Below are positions 29,044-39,153 of a DNA stretch of 64,000 bases, in pieces. Position 1 is the stretch's first letter. Every line of letters starts with the position of its first letter. The notes beneath the pieces are model-generated. The model was given only the letters and a program-made list of their open reading frames with translations. It did no database searches and was not told where the DNA came from. The translations under genes and the position numbers were made by a program. The DNA is from an uncultured Bacilli bacterium. GTDB taxonomy: Bacteria > Bacillota_I > Bacilli_A > RF39 > UBA660. The stretch is taken from NCBI GenBank assembly GCA_934130175.1, contig CAKOXP010000004.1:16244-80243 (forward strand), in the 5' to 3' direction.

Positions 29044-31527
29044 ATGGCAGTAGTAGGGTTAGATATTGATGGTGTACTTACTGATATACACAAGTTTCAA
29101 TTAGAAAAAGGAGAAAAATTTTTTAAAGAAAAATTTCAAAAAGATGTAATTAATCGTGATGCTCAAGAGATTGATGAAATTTTTGGGTGTGATGAAAAAG
29201 AAAGCAGAGCATTCTGGACTAAGTATTTAATGAAATATAGTATAGCGGAAAAGGCAAGAAATGGTGCAGGAACATTTACGAAGGCTTTACATGAAAAGGG
29301 AGACAAAATAGTTATCATAACTTCTCGTGTTTATACAGAAAGTAATTCAGTATTAGGAAAAACAATGAGATTCATTGTCGAAGAATGGCTTAAACAAAAT
29401 AATATTGAATATGATGAAATAGTTTATTGTGATGAAGAAAAAAAAGAAGCTATTAAATTAAATAATATTACTGTTATGATAGAGGATAGTCCTAAAAATA
29501 TAGAAGAATTAAGCAAGCTTACTAATGTTGTAGTTATGGATAATCCATATAATAAGGATATTTCAGGTCATAATATTAGTAGGATCTTTGGATTTGATCA
29601 GGACGCATTGAAAACAATGGATAAAATAAGAAATACTTATGATTCATTGATAGTTGATGAGATTAAACCATTGTCAGGGAAACCTTCAATAGATAAACCT
29701 TGGTTGAGATATTATACTTATGGACAAGTATCTGGAAGAATTCCTAATGTTAAAATTTATGATTATATGTATTTAAATAATAGATGGAATAGACATGGAG
29801 AAGCAATTAACTATTTTGATAGAAGTATTTCATTTGGTAAATTATTTAATGATATAGAAGTTTGCGCAAAGGCGCTAAAGGCAAATGGTATTGAAAAAGG
29901 TGATATTGTAACTATATGTATGCCTAATACTCCAGAAGTACTTGTTACCTTTTATGCATTAAATAGAATTGGTGCAATAGCTAATATGGTTCATCCCTTA
30001 TCAAAAAAGAATGCTATTAAGGATTTTGTTAATGAAACTGATTCTAAGATGCTATTTATGTTTGATGATTGTTATAATGAAGTAAAAGAAATTATTAAAG
30101 ATACTAATATTTCTAAGGCTGTTGTTATATCAGCAAAGGATTCTATGCCTATGCCTTTATCTCAAATTTATGGTATAAAACAAAAAGGTGAATGCAGTTT
30201 CTACAAAGAAAAACTTGACGATGTTTATGTGACTTGGAAAGAATTTATGAAAGATGCTAAAAATTATAAGAGTGATGGAGTTCTTGATACTGAATATGAA
30301 CCTAATACTCCAGCTGTTATTCTTCATACTGGTGGTACAACTGGTAAATCAAAGGGTGCAGTTTTATCTAACGATAATTTTAATGGTATGGTTCATCAAT
30401 ATGGTATAGCTGCAGATTTTACAAAGGGTGACAAAATGGTAGCTGTTATGCCAGTATTCCATGGATTTGGTTTATGTAATTCAATGCATATGCCAATGTG
30501 TTTAAGGGCGTCTACTATTTTGATTCCACAATTTAATAGTAAAACATTCCCACGTTTGGTTGAAAAACATAAACCAGAACATATTATGGGTGTTCCAACT
30601 TTATGGGAAGCTGTAACAAGTAATAAAAAATTTGATGGTATGGATCTTTCGTTCTTTAAATATGTAGTATCAGGTGGAGATACCATGAAAGACGATTTTG
30701 AACAAAGGGTCAATAAATTCCTAGAGGATCATAATTCTGCATCTAAAATAACAAAGGGATATGGCTTGACTGAAGCTGTTGCCAGTGCTACTTTTACTTT
30801 TGAAAATTGTAATAAAATAGGTAGTATAGGTATTCCTTTAGTAAGTAGTACTGTAAAAATAATTGAATATGATACAGAAAAACAGGACGAAGATGGTATT
30901 AATACTAAAGAAGAATTAGGTTATAATGAACAAGGTGAAATATGTATATCTGGTCCTACTGTGATGATGGAGTATTATAATAATCCTGAGGAAACGAGTA
31001 AAGATATTAGATTACATGATGATGGAAAGTTATGGTTACATACAGGTGATATTGGATATATAAAAGAAGATGGAACTTTATATTTTACAGATCGTTCCAA
31101 GAGAATGATTATTGTAAGTGGTGTAAATGTTTATCCTACTGAAATTGAACAAGTGATTACTGATAATGAAAAAGTAGATGCTTGTGCAGTAGTTTCGATG
31201 CCTCATAAATATAAACAACATGTTCCAAAGGCATATATTGTGCCAAATAAAGATAAAAATTTAGATGAGTCTGATATTGTTGATTTAATTAATGATTGTA
31301 ATGAAAAAATTCCAAATAATTATTATAGGCCTTATCAGTTTGAATTTGTTGATGCCTTGCCAAAAACTCCATTAGGTAAAGTAGACTTTTTGAAATTAGA
31401 AAAAGATGCTATAAAGGATGCAGATATGACTTATAGAAAAGTTAGTACTGATAGTATGGATTTAGAAATTCATGATAAGAATGTTAAGGTTTTAAAATAC
31501 AATCATTCTAAAGGCAGAGGAAAGTAA
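29044..31527 (+). CDS. Fusion protein: HAD-superfamily (5'(3')-deoxyribonucleotidase-like) domain + long-chain acyl-CoA ligase (AMP-binding)
   Basis: The N terminus is VVGLDIDGVLTD...VIITSR...IEDSPKN (HAD motifs I-III). From about aa 225 the adenylation motifs appear: LHTGGTTGKSKGA, GYGLTE, TGDIGY..DGTLYFTDRSKRMI, PKTPLGKVD. The RBS GAAGGGGG precedes ATG 29044. Confidence 0.85.
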   Translation: MAVVGLDIDGVLTDIHKFQLEKGEKFFKEKFQKDVINRDAQEIDEIFGCDEKESRAFWTKYLMKYSIAEKARNGAGTFTKALHEKGDKIVIITSRVYTESNSVLGKTMRFIVEEWLKQNNIEYDEIVYCDEEKKEAIKLNNITVMIEDSPKNIEELSKLTNVVVMDNPYNKDISGHNISRIFGFDQDALKTMDKIRNTYDSLIVDEIKPLSGKPSIDKPWLRYYTYGQVSGRIPNVKIYDYMYLNNRWNRHGEAINYFDRSISFGKLFNDIEVCAKALKANGIEKGDIVTICMPNTPEVLVTFYALNRIGAIANMVHPLSKKNAIKDFVNETDSKMLFMFDDCYNEVKEIIKDTNISKAVVISAKDSMPMPLSQIYGIKQKGECSFYKEKLDDVYVTWKEFMKDAKNYKSDGVLDTEYEPNTPAVILHTGGTTGKSKGAVLSNDNFNGMVHQYGIAADFTKGDKMVAVMPVFHGFGLCNSMHMPMCLRASTILIPQFNSKTFPRLVEKHKPEHIMGVPTLWEAVTSNKKFDGMDLSFFKYVVSGGDTMKDDFEQRVNKFLEDHNSASKITKGYGLTEAVASATFTFENCNKIGSIGIPLVSSTVKIIEYDTEKQDEDGINTKEELGYNEQGEICISGPTVMMEYYNNPEETSKDIRLHDDGKLWLHTGDIGYIKEDGTLYFTDRSKRMIIVSGVNVYPTEIEQVITDNEKVDACAVVSMPHKYKQHVPKAYIVPNKDKNLDESDIVDLINDCNEKIPNNYYRPYQFEFVDALPKTPLGKVDFLKLEKDAIKDADMTYRKVSTDSMDLEIHDKNVKVLKYNHSKGRGK

Positions 31528-31528
31528 T

Positions 31529-32320
31529 ATGAAAAATGATTTAAGAAAATATGATAAAACCTATCAGGCAAGCAGGATAGTTCTTACACCATTATTTAAA
31601 ATGGCATACCATCCGATTGTTTTAAATAAAGAAAATATTCCAAAAAATGGTTCAGCTATTTTATGTGGTAATCATCTACATGTATGGGATCAAGTGCCTG
31701 TTATTTGTTCAACTGATAGAGTTATTCATTGGATGGCAAAAAAAGAATATTTTGAATCAAAGTTGGCCTGGATGTATAAATTAACAGGGTGTATACCAGT
31801 CGATAGAGAAGGAGATGCTTCTATTGCTAAGAATACTGCTGAAGAGTATTTAAAAAATGGAGCAGTTGTTGGTATTTTCCCTGAAGGAACTAGAAACCAA
31901 TATCAGGTAGCTAAAAATAAGTTAGATGAGCTGTATTCTTTGTATCCGTTTTTGAAAAATGGAGATGATGATAATATTAAGAGTGATGAGATTGCTGAGC
32001 TATTTGAACAAAGAAAATTACTTTTGGAAAGAATGCAACAACAAGAACAAGTTTACTCTGATAAAGGTATAGTAATAAATAAAGAGGATGAATTGTTAGC
32101 ATTTCACTTTGGAGCAGTGTCTATGGCCCGTAAGACAGATGCACTTGTTGTACCATTTGCAGTAAATGGTAATTATAAAATGAATAATGATAATTTAATT
32201 GTTAATTTTGGTGAACCATATAAAGTTGAGTCTGATGACTTAGAATTTGAAAAGGATAAACTACAGAAAAAAGTAGCAGTCTTAATAAAAGAAAATAAAA
32301 AGTATACAGGAAAAAGATAA
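31529..32320 (+). CDS. 1-acyl-sn-glycerol-3-phosphate acyltransferase-like (PlsC family) with internal insertion
   Basis: The HX4D motif is [10 protein letters not shown], and FPEGTRN is present. About 60 extra residues separate motif III from the C-terminal block. The start lies 2 nt after the ligase stop. Confidence 0.8.
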   Translation: MKNDLRKYDKTYQASRIVLTPLFKMAYHPIVLNKENIPKNGSAILCGNHLHVWDQVPVICSTDRVIHWMAKKEYFESKLAWMYKLTGCIPVDREGDASIAKNTAEEYLKNGAVVGIFPEGTRNQYQVAKNKLDELYSLYPFLKNGDDDNIKSDEIAELFEQRKLLLERMQQQEQVYSDKGIVINKEDELLAFHFGAVSMARKTDALVVPFAVNGNYKMNNDNLIVNFGEPYKVESDDLEFEKDKLQKKVAVLIKENKKYTGKR

Positions 32321-32379
32321 TTCTTTCTTTTTCTTTTTTTTATGTTATAATGAAAGTAGTAGGATTGGAGAGAGTTGTG

Positions 32380-34245
32380 ATGAATAGTAGTATATTTTTT
32401 CAAATATGTAGTTTATTTTATATATCTTTATTATTAATAATATATTTTTCCAAGAGAAGACTTGGAATAGTAGAAAATAAAATATATATTATATTAGCTG
32501 TTACCAATTTAATTGGTTTAATTCTTGATATTAGTAGTGTTTATACAATTTCTAATATGGGTAGATATCCTATTCTAAACCAGTTTATATCTAAAGCATA
32601 TCTTGTTTATTTACTTAGTTGGATGTTTTTATTTACTATTTATGTATTTATAATATCTACGAATAAAAAAAGTGATAAAAACAAGACTGAGTTGCATTTA
32701 TCAGATTATAAAAATAAGGTATATCCTGCGACTATTTTATATTTTATATTTCTTATTCTGACAATTATATTGCCTTTATACTATAAAGATAATGGAAATG
32801 TTATATATTCTTATGGACCTAGTACTAATTTATTATATTTCGTTAGCGGATTATGTATATTTACTTGGCTTATATGTTTGCTTCTTAATTTTAAACAAAT
32901 AAAGCAAAAAAAATATGTTCCTATTTTTGCATTTTTGGTAATAGGTACTTTGGTAACTATTATTCAGGGGTCACATCCGGAATATTTACTTATGACATCT
33001 ATGGAAACATTTATAACATTTTTGATGTACTTCACAATTGAAAATCCTGATATGAAACTTATTAATGAATTAAATATAGCTAAAGATCAAGCTGTTAAAG
33101 CAAACAATGCTAAAAGTGAGTTTTTATCAAGTATGTCACATGAGATAAGAACTCCTTTAAATGCAATTGTTGGTTTTTCCCAAGCTTTACAAGAAGAAGA
33201 TTTACCAGAACAAGCAAAAGAAGAAGTAAAAGACATTGTTATGGCATCTAATGGTCTTCTTGAAATAGTAAATGGAATTTTAGATATTTCTAAAATAGAA
33301 GCCAATAAGATTGAAATAGTAAATAGTGAATATAATTTCAAAGATATATATGATAATTTACTTGCACTAACTAAAGCAAGACTTGGTGATAAACCATTAG
33401 AAATAAGAACTAGTTATGATCCAACTATTCCTACAACTTTATATGGAGATCACACTAGAGTTCAACAAGTAATATTAAATATATTAACAAATTCTATCAA
33501 ATACACTAGACAAGGTTTTATTGATTTTAGAGTTAGTTGTATCGTTAATGGCGAAATTTGTCGTTTAATAATATCAGTAGAAGACTCTGGTATTGGTATT
33601 AAACAAGAAAATATTTCTAAATTATTCTCCAAGTTTGAACGCCTAGACTTAGATAAAAACATAACTATTGAAGGAACTGGTCTTGGACTTGCGATTACTA
33701 AGAAATTAATTGAATTAATGCAAGGTACAATTGTAGTTCAAAGTGAATATGGCAAAGGTTCTAAATTTACTATTGCTATCGATCAAAGGATAATTAATAA
33801 ACCAAAAGAGGAACAAATTGATGTTATTGGAACGTCTTCTAATAAAGAAGCTAATACTAATACAGTTGTTGATGTTTCTGGTAAAAAGATTTTAATAGTT
33901 GATGATAATAAAATAAATTTAAAAGTAGCAGAACGTTTACTTGAAAAATATAATCTTGATATTACAACAGTAGATAGTGGTATGATGTGTATTCAAAAAG
34001 TAAATGAACCAAATAACTATGATTTAGTTTTAATGGATGATATGATGCCAGGTATGAGTGGTGTTGAAACTCTTCATAAATTAAAAGAAAATCCAAACTT
34101 TAATATTCCAGTAGTAGCGTTAACTGCTAATGCTATTAGTGGTATGAAAGAAAAGTATTTAAGTGAAGGATTTAATGATTATTTAGCAAAGCCAATCGAT
34201 AAAAATGAATTAAATAATATTGTCGTAAAATGGTTGAATAAATAA
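32380..34245 (+). CDS. Hybrid sensor histidine kinase (polytopic membrane sensor - HisKA - HATPase_c - REC)
   Basis: Six or seven N-terminal TM helices are present. The H-box is [14 protein letters not shown], the N-box [11 protein letters not shown]1 DSGIGI and G2 GTGLGLAI. The C-terminal receiver is ILIVDDN...[13 protein letters not shown]...ALTANA...KPI. Confidence 0.9.
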   Translation: MNSSIFFQICSLFYISLLLIIYFSKRRLGIVENKIYIILAVTNLIGLILDISSVYTISNMGRYPILNQFISKAYLVYLLSWMFLFTIYVFIISTNKKSDKNKTELHLSDYKNKVYPATILYFIFLILTIILPLYYKDNGNVIYSYGPSTNLLYFVSGLCIFTWLICLLLNFKQIKQKKYVPIFAFLVIGTLVTIIQGSHPEYLLMTSMETFITFLMYFTIENPDMKLINELNIAKDQAVKANNAKSEFLSSMSHEIRTPLNAIVGFSQALQEEDLPEQAKEEVKDIVMASNGLLEIVNGILDISKIEANKIEIVNSEYNFKDIYDNLLALTKARLGDKPLEIRTSYDPTIPTTLYGDHTRVQQVILNILTNSIKYTRQGFIDFRVSCIVNGEICRLIISVEDSGIGIKQENISKLFSKFERLDLDKNITIEGTGLGLAITKKLIELMQGTIVVQSEYGKGSKFTIAIDQRIINKPKEEQIDVIGTSSNKEANTNTVVDVSGKKILIVDDNKINLKVAERLLEKYNLDITTVDSGMMCIQKVNEPNNYDLVLMDDMMPGMSGVETLHKLKENPNFNIPVVALTANAISGMKEKYLSEGFNDYLAKPIDKNELNNIVVKWLNK

Positions 34246-34286
34246 TTAATTATGCTATAATTTAGATAAGAATAAGGAGAGTATAT

Positions 34287-35114
34287 ATGGATAATACAAT
34301 GATTTTGAAAACAAATGGAATAGATGTAGATAAAGGTTTAGAATTACTTGGCGATATGTCTATGTATAATTCAATTTTAAAAGAGTTTTATGATGGTTAT
34401 TATAATAGAATGAAAAAAATAGAAGCTTTAAAACTAAGTTCTGATATGGCAAATTATGCAATAGAGGTTCATTCCTTAAAAAGTGATTCTAAATATTTAG
34501 GATTTACTAAGCTTGCAGAACTTGCATACAATCATGAAATGGCTAGTAAAGCAGGGGATATTACTAGTGTTAATCTTCATTATAATGAATTAGTAATTGA
34601 AGGTAATCGTGTAATTAGAGTTGTTCAAGAATACTTTATGAAAAACAGTGAAAATCCTGATTCTAATAGCGAAGCTTCTATTGATACTGCACCTTCTGAG
34701 GATGTAGTTATGATTTCTAAAGAAGATATAGATAATGCAGGTCAAGCTATTTTGGTTGCAGATGACTCTGTAATAATTCGTGATTTCGTAAAAGAAATTT
34801 TCCATGATAATTATAGTGTGTTAATGGCTAAAGATGGAAGAGAAGTAATAAATATAATTAATTCAAATTCTAATATAGCTGCCTTACTTTTAGATTTAAA
34901 TATGCCAGGAGTAGATGGCTTTGCAGTTCTTGATTATTTTAAGGAACATGATTTATTTAAAAAGATTCCTGTTTCTATTATATCTGGAGCAAATGATAAA
35001 GCGTCAATTGATAAAGCATTCTCATACAACATTGTAGATATGCTTAATAAACCATTTAATAAAAATAATGTTAAATTAGTAGTAGAAAAGACTATTGCAT
35101 CAAAAAGTATTTAA
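34287..35114 (+). CDS. Hpt-REC two-domain phosphotransfer protein (paralogue 1)
   Basis: The N-terminal Hpt has YAIEVHSLKSDSKYLGFTKLAELA. The C-terminal receiver is ILVADDS...LLLDLNMPGVDG...ISGAND...NKPF. No output domain is present. Confidence 0.85.
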   Translation: MDNTMILKTNGIDVDKGLELLGDMSMYNSILKEFYDGYYNRMKKIEALKLSSDMANYAIEVHSLKSDSKYLGFTKLAELAYNHEMASKAGDITSVNLHYNELVIEGNRVIRVVQEYFMKNSENPDSNSEASIDTAPSEDVVMISKEDIDNAGQAILVADDSVIIRDFVKEIFHDNYSVLMAKDGREVINIINSNSNIAALLLDLNMPGVDGFAVLDYFKEHDLFKKIPVSIISGANDKASIDKAFSYNIVDMLNKPFNKNNVKLVVEKTIASKSI

Positions 35115-35131
35115 TAGATAGGAGAATGTAT

Positions 35132-35929
35132 ATGTATGATGTAAATTTACTTACATCTAATGGAGTAGATGTAGCAAAAGCCTTAGAACTATTTGGTGAT
35201 ATGGATATGTATAATTCAACACTAAATGATTTTATAAAAGAGATTTATAATAGATTAGAAAGAATAAAGAAATTTAAAGAAATTTCAGATATGGCAAATT
35301 ATGCAATAGAGGTGCATGCTTTAAAAAGTGATTCAAAATACTTTGGTTTTACAAAACTTGCAGAACTTGCCTTCAACCATGAAATGGAAAGTAAGAAAAA
35401 TAATATGTTTTATATTATGGATCATTATGATGAATTAATGACTGAAGCTAAAAGAATAGTAGTTTTAATAGAAAAATACATGGGAATAGAATCAAGTGGT
35501 ATCAAACAAGAAGAAGTTGTTGATAATAGTAATGTAATTCTAAAAGATAAAACTATTCTAGTTGTAGATGACTCTAATGTAACAAGAAATTTTGTTCAAA
35601 AGATATTTTCAAGTCAATATAATTGTTTAGTTGCGACTGATGGTAATGAAGCAATTAATATTATTTCAAATAACCTAAATAATAAAATAGTTGCAGTTTT
35701 ACTAGATTTAAATATGCCAGGTTTAAATGGTTTTGATGTTTTAGAATATTTTAAAACAAATAATTTATTTTCTTTAATACCCGTTTCTATTATTACCAGT
35801 GATAATTCTAAAGAAACAAGAGATAAGGTATTCTCATATGGTGTTGTGGATATTTTGGTAAAACCATTTAATGAAAGAGATGTAAAACTAGTTCTTGATA
35901 AAACAATATATTTCAACGATCAACTATAA
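35132..35929 (+). CDS. Hpt-REC two-domain phosphotransfer protein (paralogue 2)
   Basis: The architecture matches 34287-35114, and the two proteins are colinear and clearly alignable (YAIEVHALKSDSKYFGFTKLAELA; ILVVDDS...LLDLNMPGLNG...VKPF). AGGAGA lies 6 nt upstream of ATG 35132. Confidence 0.85.
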   Translation: MYDVNLLTSNGVDVAKALELFGDMDMYNSTLNDFIKEIYNRLERIKKFKEISDMANYAIEVHALKSDSKYFGFTKLAELAFNHEMESKKNNMFYIMDHYDELMTEAKRIVVLIEKYMGIESSGIKQEEVVDNSNVILKDKTILVVDDSNVTRNFVQKIFSSQYNCLVATDGNEAINIISNNLNNKIVAVLLDLNMPGLNGFDVLEYFKTNNLFSLIPVSIITSDNSKETRDKVFSYGVVDILVKPFNERDVKLVLDKTIYFNDQL

Positions 35930-35943
35930 TAGTTGATTTTTTC
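35919..35943 (+). terminator. Rho-independent terminator closing the kinase/Hpt-REC operon
   Basis: ATCAACT-ataat-AGTTGAT followed by T6. Confidence 0.7.
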
Positions 35944-35987
35944 TTTTGGAGAATCTATAATATTATGAAAAAAGTAGGTGAAATATT

Positions 35988-36761
35988 ATGTATGGATATA
36001 GTGTAATTGAAACATTAGATTTTGAAATAGTTAATGTTCAAATATCAGATAATTATTTAAAAAATGGAAAAATTAGACTGTCTGATTATTTTATAAGAAA
36101 AGATGTCCTAACAGAAAGTGATATTATCGCTGATACCATTAGCAAAATGAAATGTAAGGAAAATATAGATGATGAGTATAATGAAAGGTTTAGTCATAAT
36201 TACTCAATTGACGATATTTTAGAACTACTTGTATTCGACTTAGATGCATATTCTCTATTATATAAAGTTCCACCTATCAAAATTTCTAACGTTGAATGGG
36301 AATTGTTATTTTATGAATTAGGAAAGTACTATCATAATAGAGGTATAGATGATTTCTATATTGAAGACATGATATCTCTAAATAAAATGGCTGTTTCAAA
36401 AGCAATGGTTTATGAAGATGATACAATTTCATTAAATACTTATATTTGGTCATTAAGATATTTAGAATCAAATATAATAACAGAAAGAAATTTGGAAGAT
36501 ATCACTTCACAACTTTCTTCTACATTTGGTATTGATGCTTTGAGTTTAATAAAAAACGAAACTGGAAAAGTTGGATGTCTTAATAAGTCTTTTGATTTTG
36601 AGTTTGATGTCGGTTCAAAGGATGAAATGATAAAGACTTTAGTTAATGATGGATATAAGATTGAAGATCCTAATCTTATAAAAAAAGATGATTCCTCAAC
36701 ATATGATAAACCTAAACAAAAAGTAGTTAAATTTAGTGATTATGCAAATAGTAAAAAATAA
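35988..36761 (+). CDS. Hypothetical protein
   Basis: The RBS GTAGGTG is followed by an ATG. I recognise no motif. The codon usage resembles its neighbours. Confidence 0.5.
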   Translation: MYGYSVIETLDFEIVNVQISDNYLKNGKIRLSDYFIRKDVLTESDIIADTISKMKCKENIDDEYNERFSHNYSIDDILELLVFDLDAYSLLYKVPPIKISNVEWELLFYELGKYYHNRGIDDFYIEDMISLNKMAVSKAMVYEDDTISLNTYIWSLRYLESNIITERNLEDITSQLSSTFGIDALSLIKNETGKVGCLNKSFDFEFDVGSKDEMIKTLVNDGYKIEDPNLIKKDDSSTYDKPKQKVVKFSDYANSKK

Positions 36762-36762
36762 T

Positions 36763-36792
36763 TTGACAGCATATATATTAATATGGTATAAT
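36763..36792 (+). promoter_or_regulatory. SigA-type promoter of the rplU operon
   Basis: TTGACA (36763-36768), an 18-nt spacer and an extended -10 TGgTATAAT (36784-36792). Confidence 0.7.
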
Positions 36793-36798
36793 CTTAAT

Positions 36799-36885
36799 GT
36801 TTGATGCCTCATGCTCAAACCGCATTGAAAAGGTAAAAACAGACTTTCTGTACCTTAAGAGCGAGTCTTAAGTTATATTAAAGGA
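36799..36885 (+). promoter_or_regulatory. Structured 5' leader of rplU (L21-leader-like ribosomal autoregulatory element)
   Basis: Three consecutive hairpins are present: TTTGA(t)GC..GCTCAAA, GGTA..ACAGA-ctt-TCTGT..ACC, and CTTAAGA-gcgag-TCTTAAG. They end just before the AAGGAGG RBS. The position matches the known Firmicute L21 leader. Confidence 0.55.
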
Positions 36886-36895
36886 GGTAAAAGAG

Positions 36896-37198
36896 ATGAA
36901 TGCAGTAATTAAAGTTGGTGGAAAACAATACTTTGTTAAAGAAAATGATGTAATTTTCGTTGAAAAATTAAATGCTGAAGCAGGAGATAAAGTAAGTTTT
37001 GATCAAGTATTAATGCTTGATAACAAAGTTGGAAATCCATATCTTGAAGGTGCTACTGTTTTAGGTGAAGTATTAAAGAACGGTAAGCAAAAGAAAATTA
37101 GAGTTTTCAAATATAAATCTAAAGATAGATCTAACCGTAGAACTCAAGGACATAGACAACCATATACTCAAATCAAAATTACAAAAATTAATGGATAA
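36896..37198 (+). CDS. rplU: 50S ribosomal protein L21
   Basis: MNAVIKVGGKQYFVKENDVIFVEKL...HRQPYTQIKI. Confidence 0.95.
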   Translation: MNAVIKVGGKQYFVKENDVIFVEKLNAEAGDKVSFDQVLMLDNKVGNPYLEGATVLGEVLKNGKQKKIRVFKYKSKDRSNRRTQGHRQPYTQIKITKING

Positions 37199-37200
37199 TT

Positions 37201-37503
37201 ATGATTAAGGTTAAAGTTGAAAAAAAAGGTGCAAACTATGATAAAGTATCAATTCTAGGTCATGCTATGTATGATGACTATGGAAAAGATATTGTTTGCA
37301 GTGCAGTTAGTAGTATTGTTACTACAACGGTTAATGGATTATTATCATTAAATAGAGAGTCTATTAATTATTTAGTTAGTAATAAAGGAATGGTTATTAC
37401 AGTATTAAGTAATGATAGGACTACACAAGTTCTAATTCATAATATGATTAGCTTATTAAAAGAGTTAGAAAGTAATTATAAAGATAACGTAGAAGTTAAA
37501 TAA
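37201..37503 (+). CDS. prp: Ribosomal-processing cysteine protease Prp (YsxB family)
   Basis: ILGHA...DIVCSAVSSIV carries the His/Cys dyad. The gene sits between rplU and rpmA. Confidence 0.9.
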   Translation: MIKVKVEKKGANYDKVSILGHAMYDDYGKDIVCSAVSSIVTTTVNGLLSLNRESINYLVSNKGMVITVLSNDRTTQVLIHNMISLLKELESNYKDNVEVK

Positions 37504-37515
37504 GGAGGAAAAGTC

Positions 37516-37806
37516 ATGAGATTTTTAAAGTTAGATATCCAATTATTTGCTCACCATAAAGGGCAAGGTTCTACTTCTAACGGACGTGATTCAATAGGAC
37601 GTAGATTAGGTGCTAAAGCTGCTGATGGACAATTTATTACAGCTGGTTCTATTATTTATCGTCAACGTGGTACTAAAATTTTTCCTGGTACTAATGTAAG
37701 ACGTGGTAATGATGATACCCTATATTCTACAGTTGATGGTATTGTTAAATTTGAACGTTTAGGAAGAGATAAGAAACAAGCATCAGTTTATACAGTTGCA
37801 GAATAA
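37516..37806 (+). CDS. rpmA: 50S ribosomal protein L27 with N-terminal propeptide
   Basis: [12 protein letters not shown]|[14 protein letters not shown] has a Prp-cleavable extension ahead of the conserved L27 N terminus. Confidence 0.95.
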   Translation: MRFLKLDIQLFAHHKGQGSTSNGRDSIGRRLGAKAADGQFITAGSIIYRQRGTKIFPGTNVRRGNDDTLYSTVDGIVKFERLGRDKKQASVYTVAE

Positions 37807-37811
37807 GAATA

Positions 37812-37836
37812 AAATGGCATCTTGCCATTTTTTTTG
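37812..37836 (+). terminator. Rho-independent terminator after rpmA
   Basis: AATGGCA-tct-TGCCATT followed by T8. Confidence 0.8.
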
Positions 37837-37921
37837 TTTATAAATCTTCTATAAAAACTATGGTAAATATTTTTAATAAATGGTATACTGTATGTAATAT
37901 TTATAATATAAGGAGTAGAGT

Positions 37922-38674
37922 ATGAGATTAATAGAAAAAACATGCCCAAAGTGTGGTGCAAATTTAGAATTTGAACCTGGAGCAAAAGAAGTAAAATGTT
38001 CATATTGTAATAAAGGGTTCATAATAGAGGGAAATGAAAATAATATTGGAAGTGAGGAGCTTGCTCCAGAAAATATTAAGCTAGTTAGCAAATTTGGAAA
38101 ATTTATAAATATTCTGGCAATTGTCATTATATCACTTGTTGCTCTTTCAATAATTGGTACTGCTGCTTTTATGTTTAGTGACAAGTCTTTGACTACTAAG
38201 AGTGATGGTTGGTTTGAAAATTTCAATAATAATATTGATGATGAAGATTTAGATGATGATATATTAAAATCAGTAAATGATATTAGTACAGAAGACCAAA
38301 AGAAAATAGAGGAAAAAAGTTTAGCAATATTAAAAGAATGGAATGAAAAGCGCTCTGATATTTCATTAAATGAATATAAAAATTTAGGATACTATCTTGT
38401 GTATGATGATTTTGGTACTGATATTTATAATGTTTACGAATTAAATTATAATACAAATGGAACTAATCATGTGATTTATACTGCTGTAAAATATATGAAT
38501 GTCAATTATAATAATAAAACAGTAAATGTGGGAAAAGGATCAATATTCGGAAATATTTTAACTTATGATACGTATTATAGTCTATGGGGATATGAAAGTA
38601 TAAAAGAGTTATATGATGATATTGATTTATTAGATGAAAAGTTAGTCGCAAGTGATGGATTATATACAAATTAG
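37922..38674 (+). CDS. Zinc-ribbon / single-TM / extracytoplasmic-domain protein, function unknown
   Basis: AAGGAG lies upstream of the ATG. CPKCGANLEFEPGAKEVKCSYCN is followed by the TM FINILAIVIISLVALSIIGTAAFMF. The antisense ORFs at 37788-38226 lack such features. Confidence 0.65.
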   Translation: MRLIEKTCPKCGANLEFEPGAKEVKCSYCNKGFIIEGNENNIGSEELAPENIKLVSKFGKFINILAIVIISLVALSIIGTAAFMFSDKSLTTKSDGWFENFNNNIDDEDLDDDILKSVNDISTEDQKKIEEKSLAILKEWNEKRSDISLNEYKNLGYYLVYDDFGTDIYNVYELNYNTNGTNHVIYTAVKYMNVNYNNKTVNVGKGSIFGNILTYDTYYSLWGYESIKELYDDIDLLDEKLVASDGLYTN

Positions 38675-38770
38675 TTAGGAACAACCGCTGTTTCTTTTTT
38701 TCTTAAAATGTGATATTTTCTTTTTTTGTGTATTATGATATAATATCCTAACAAAGAAGGAAAGATAGCT

Positions 38771-39112
38771 ATGAATATAGATGAAAGGATAAGGTTACTA
38801 AATAAAGATATAGTTTGTAATCAGAAGAAAATTAGAAATTTAAGAATCAGAGATGATATAGTAGGTTTTTTACCATCTTTTATTTTGGTAGGAACAATTA
38901 CAACAATAACATTTAAATTTTGTAATTGTGAAGTAGTACAAGACCTTTATCCTGGTGCTGTTTTTGTTTCCTTAATTATAGGTGGAATTCCATCTAGTTA
39001 TTTACCTTCCGAAAAAACAAAACAAAAAATTAAGACTTATAAATACAATATTAAAGAAGCAATCAATGAATTACATTCTATAGCATTAGAAGAAAATAAA
39101 AAATATAATTAA
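38771..39112 (+). CDS. Small hypothetical membrane protein
   Basis: Two predicted TM helices are present (VGFLPSFILVGTITTITF; AVFVSLIIGGIPS). The RBS is GAAGGAAAG. Confidence 0.5.
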   Translation: MNIDERIRLLNKDIVCNQKKIRNLRIRDDIVGFLPSFILVGTITTITFKFCNCEVVQDLYPGAVFVSLIIGGIPSSYLPSEKTKQKIKTYKYNIKEAINELHSIALEENKKYN

Positions 39113-39153
39113 AGTTTATGATATAATAATTTTAGAAAAAGGAGGCTAGTATT

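Noticed and set aside
37788-38226. Minus-strand ORFs 37788-38003 and 37873-38226, competing with the + strand ORF 37922-38674.
   Set aside because: The + ORF has an AAGGAG RBS, a zinc ribbon and a clean TM helix, and it follows the rpmA terminator. The minus ORFs have none of these features and would run into that terminator.
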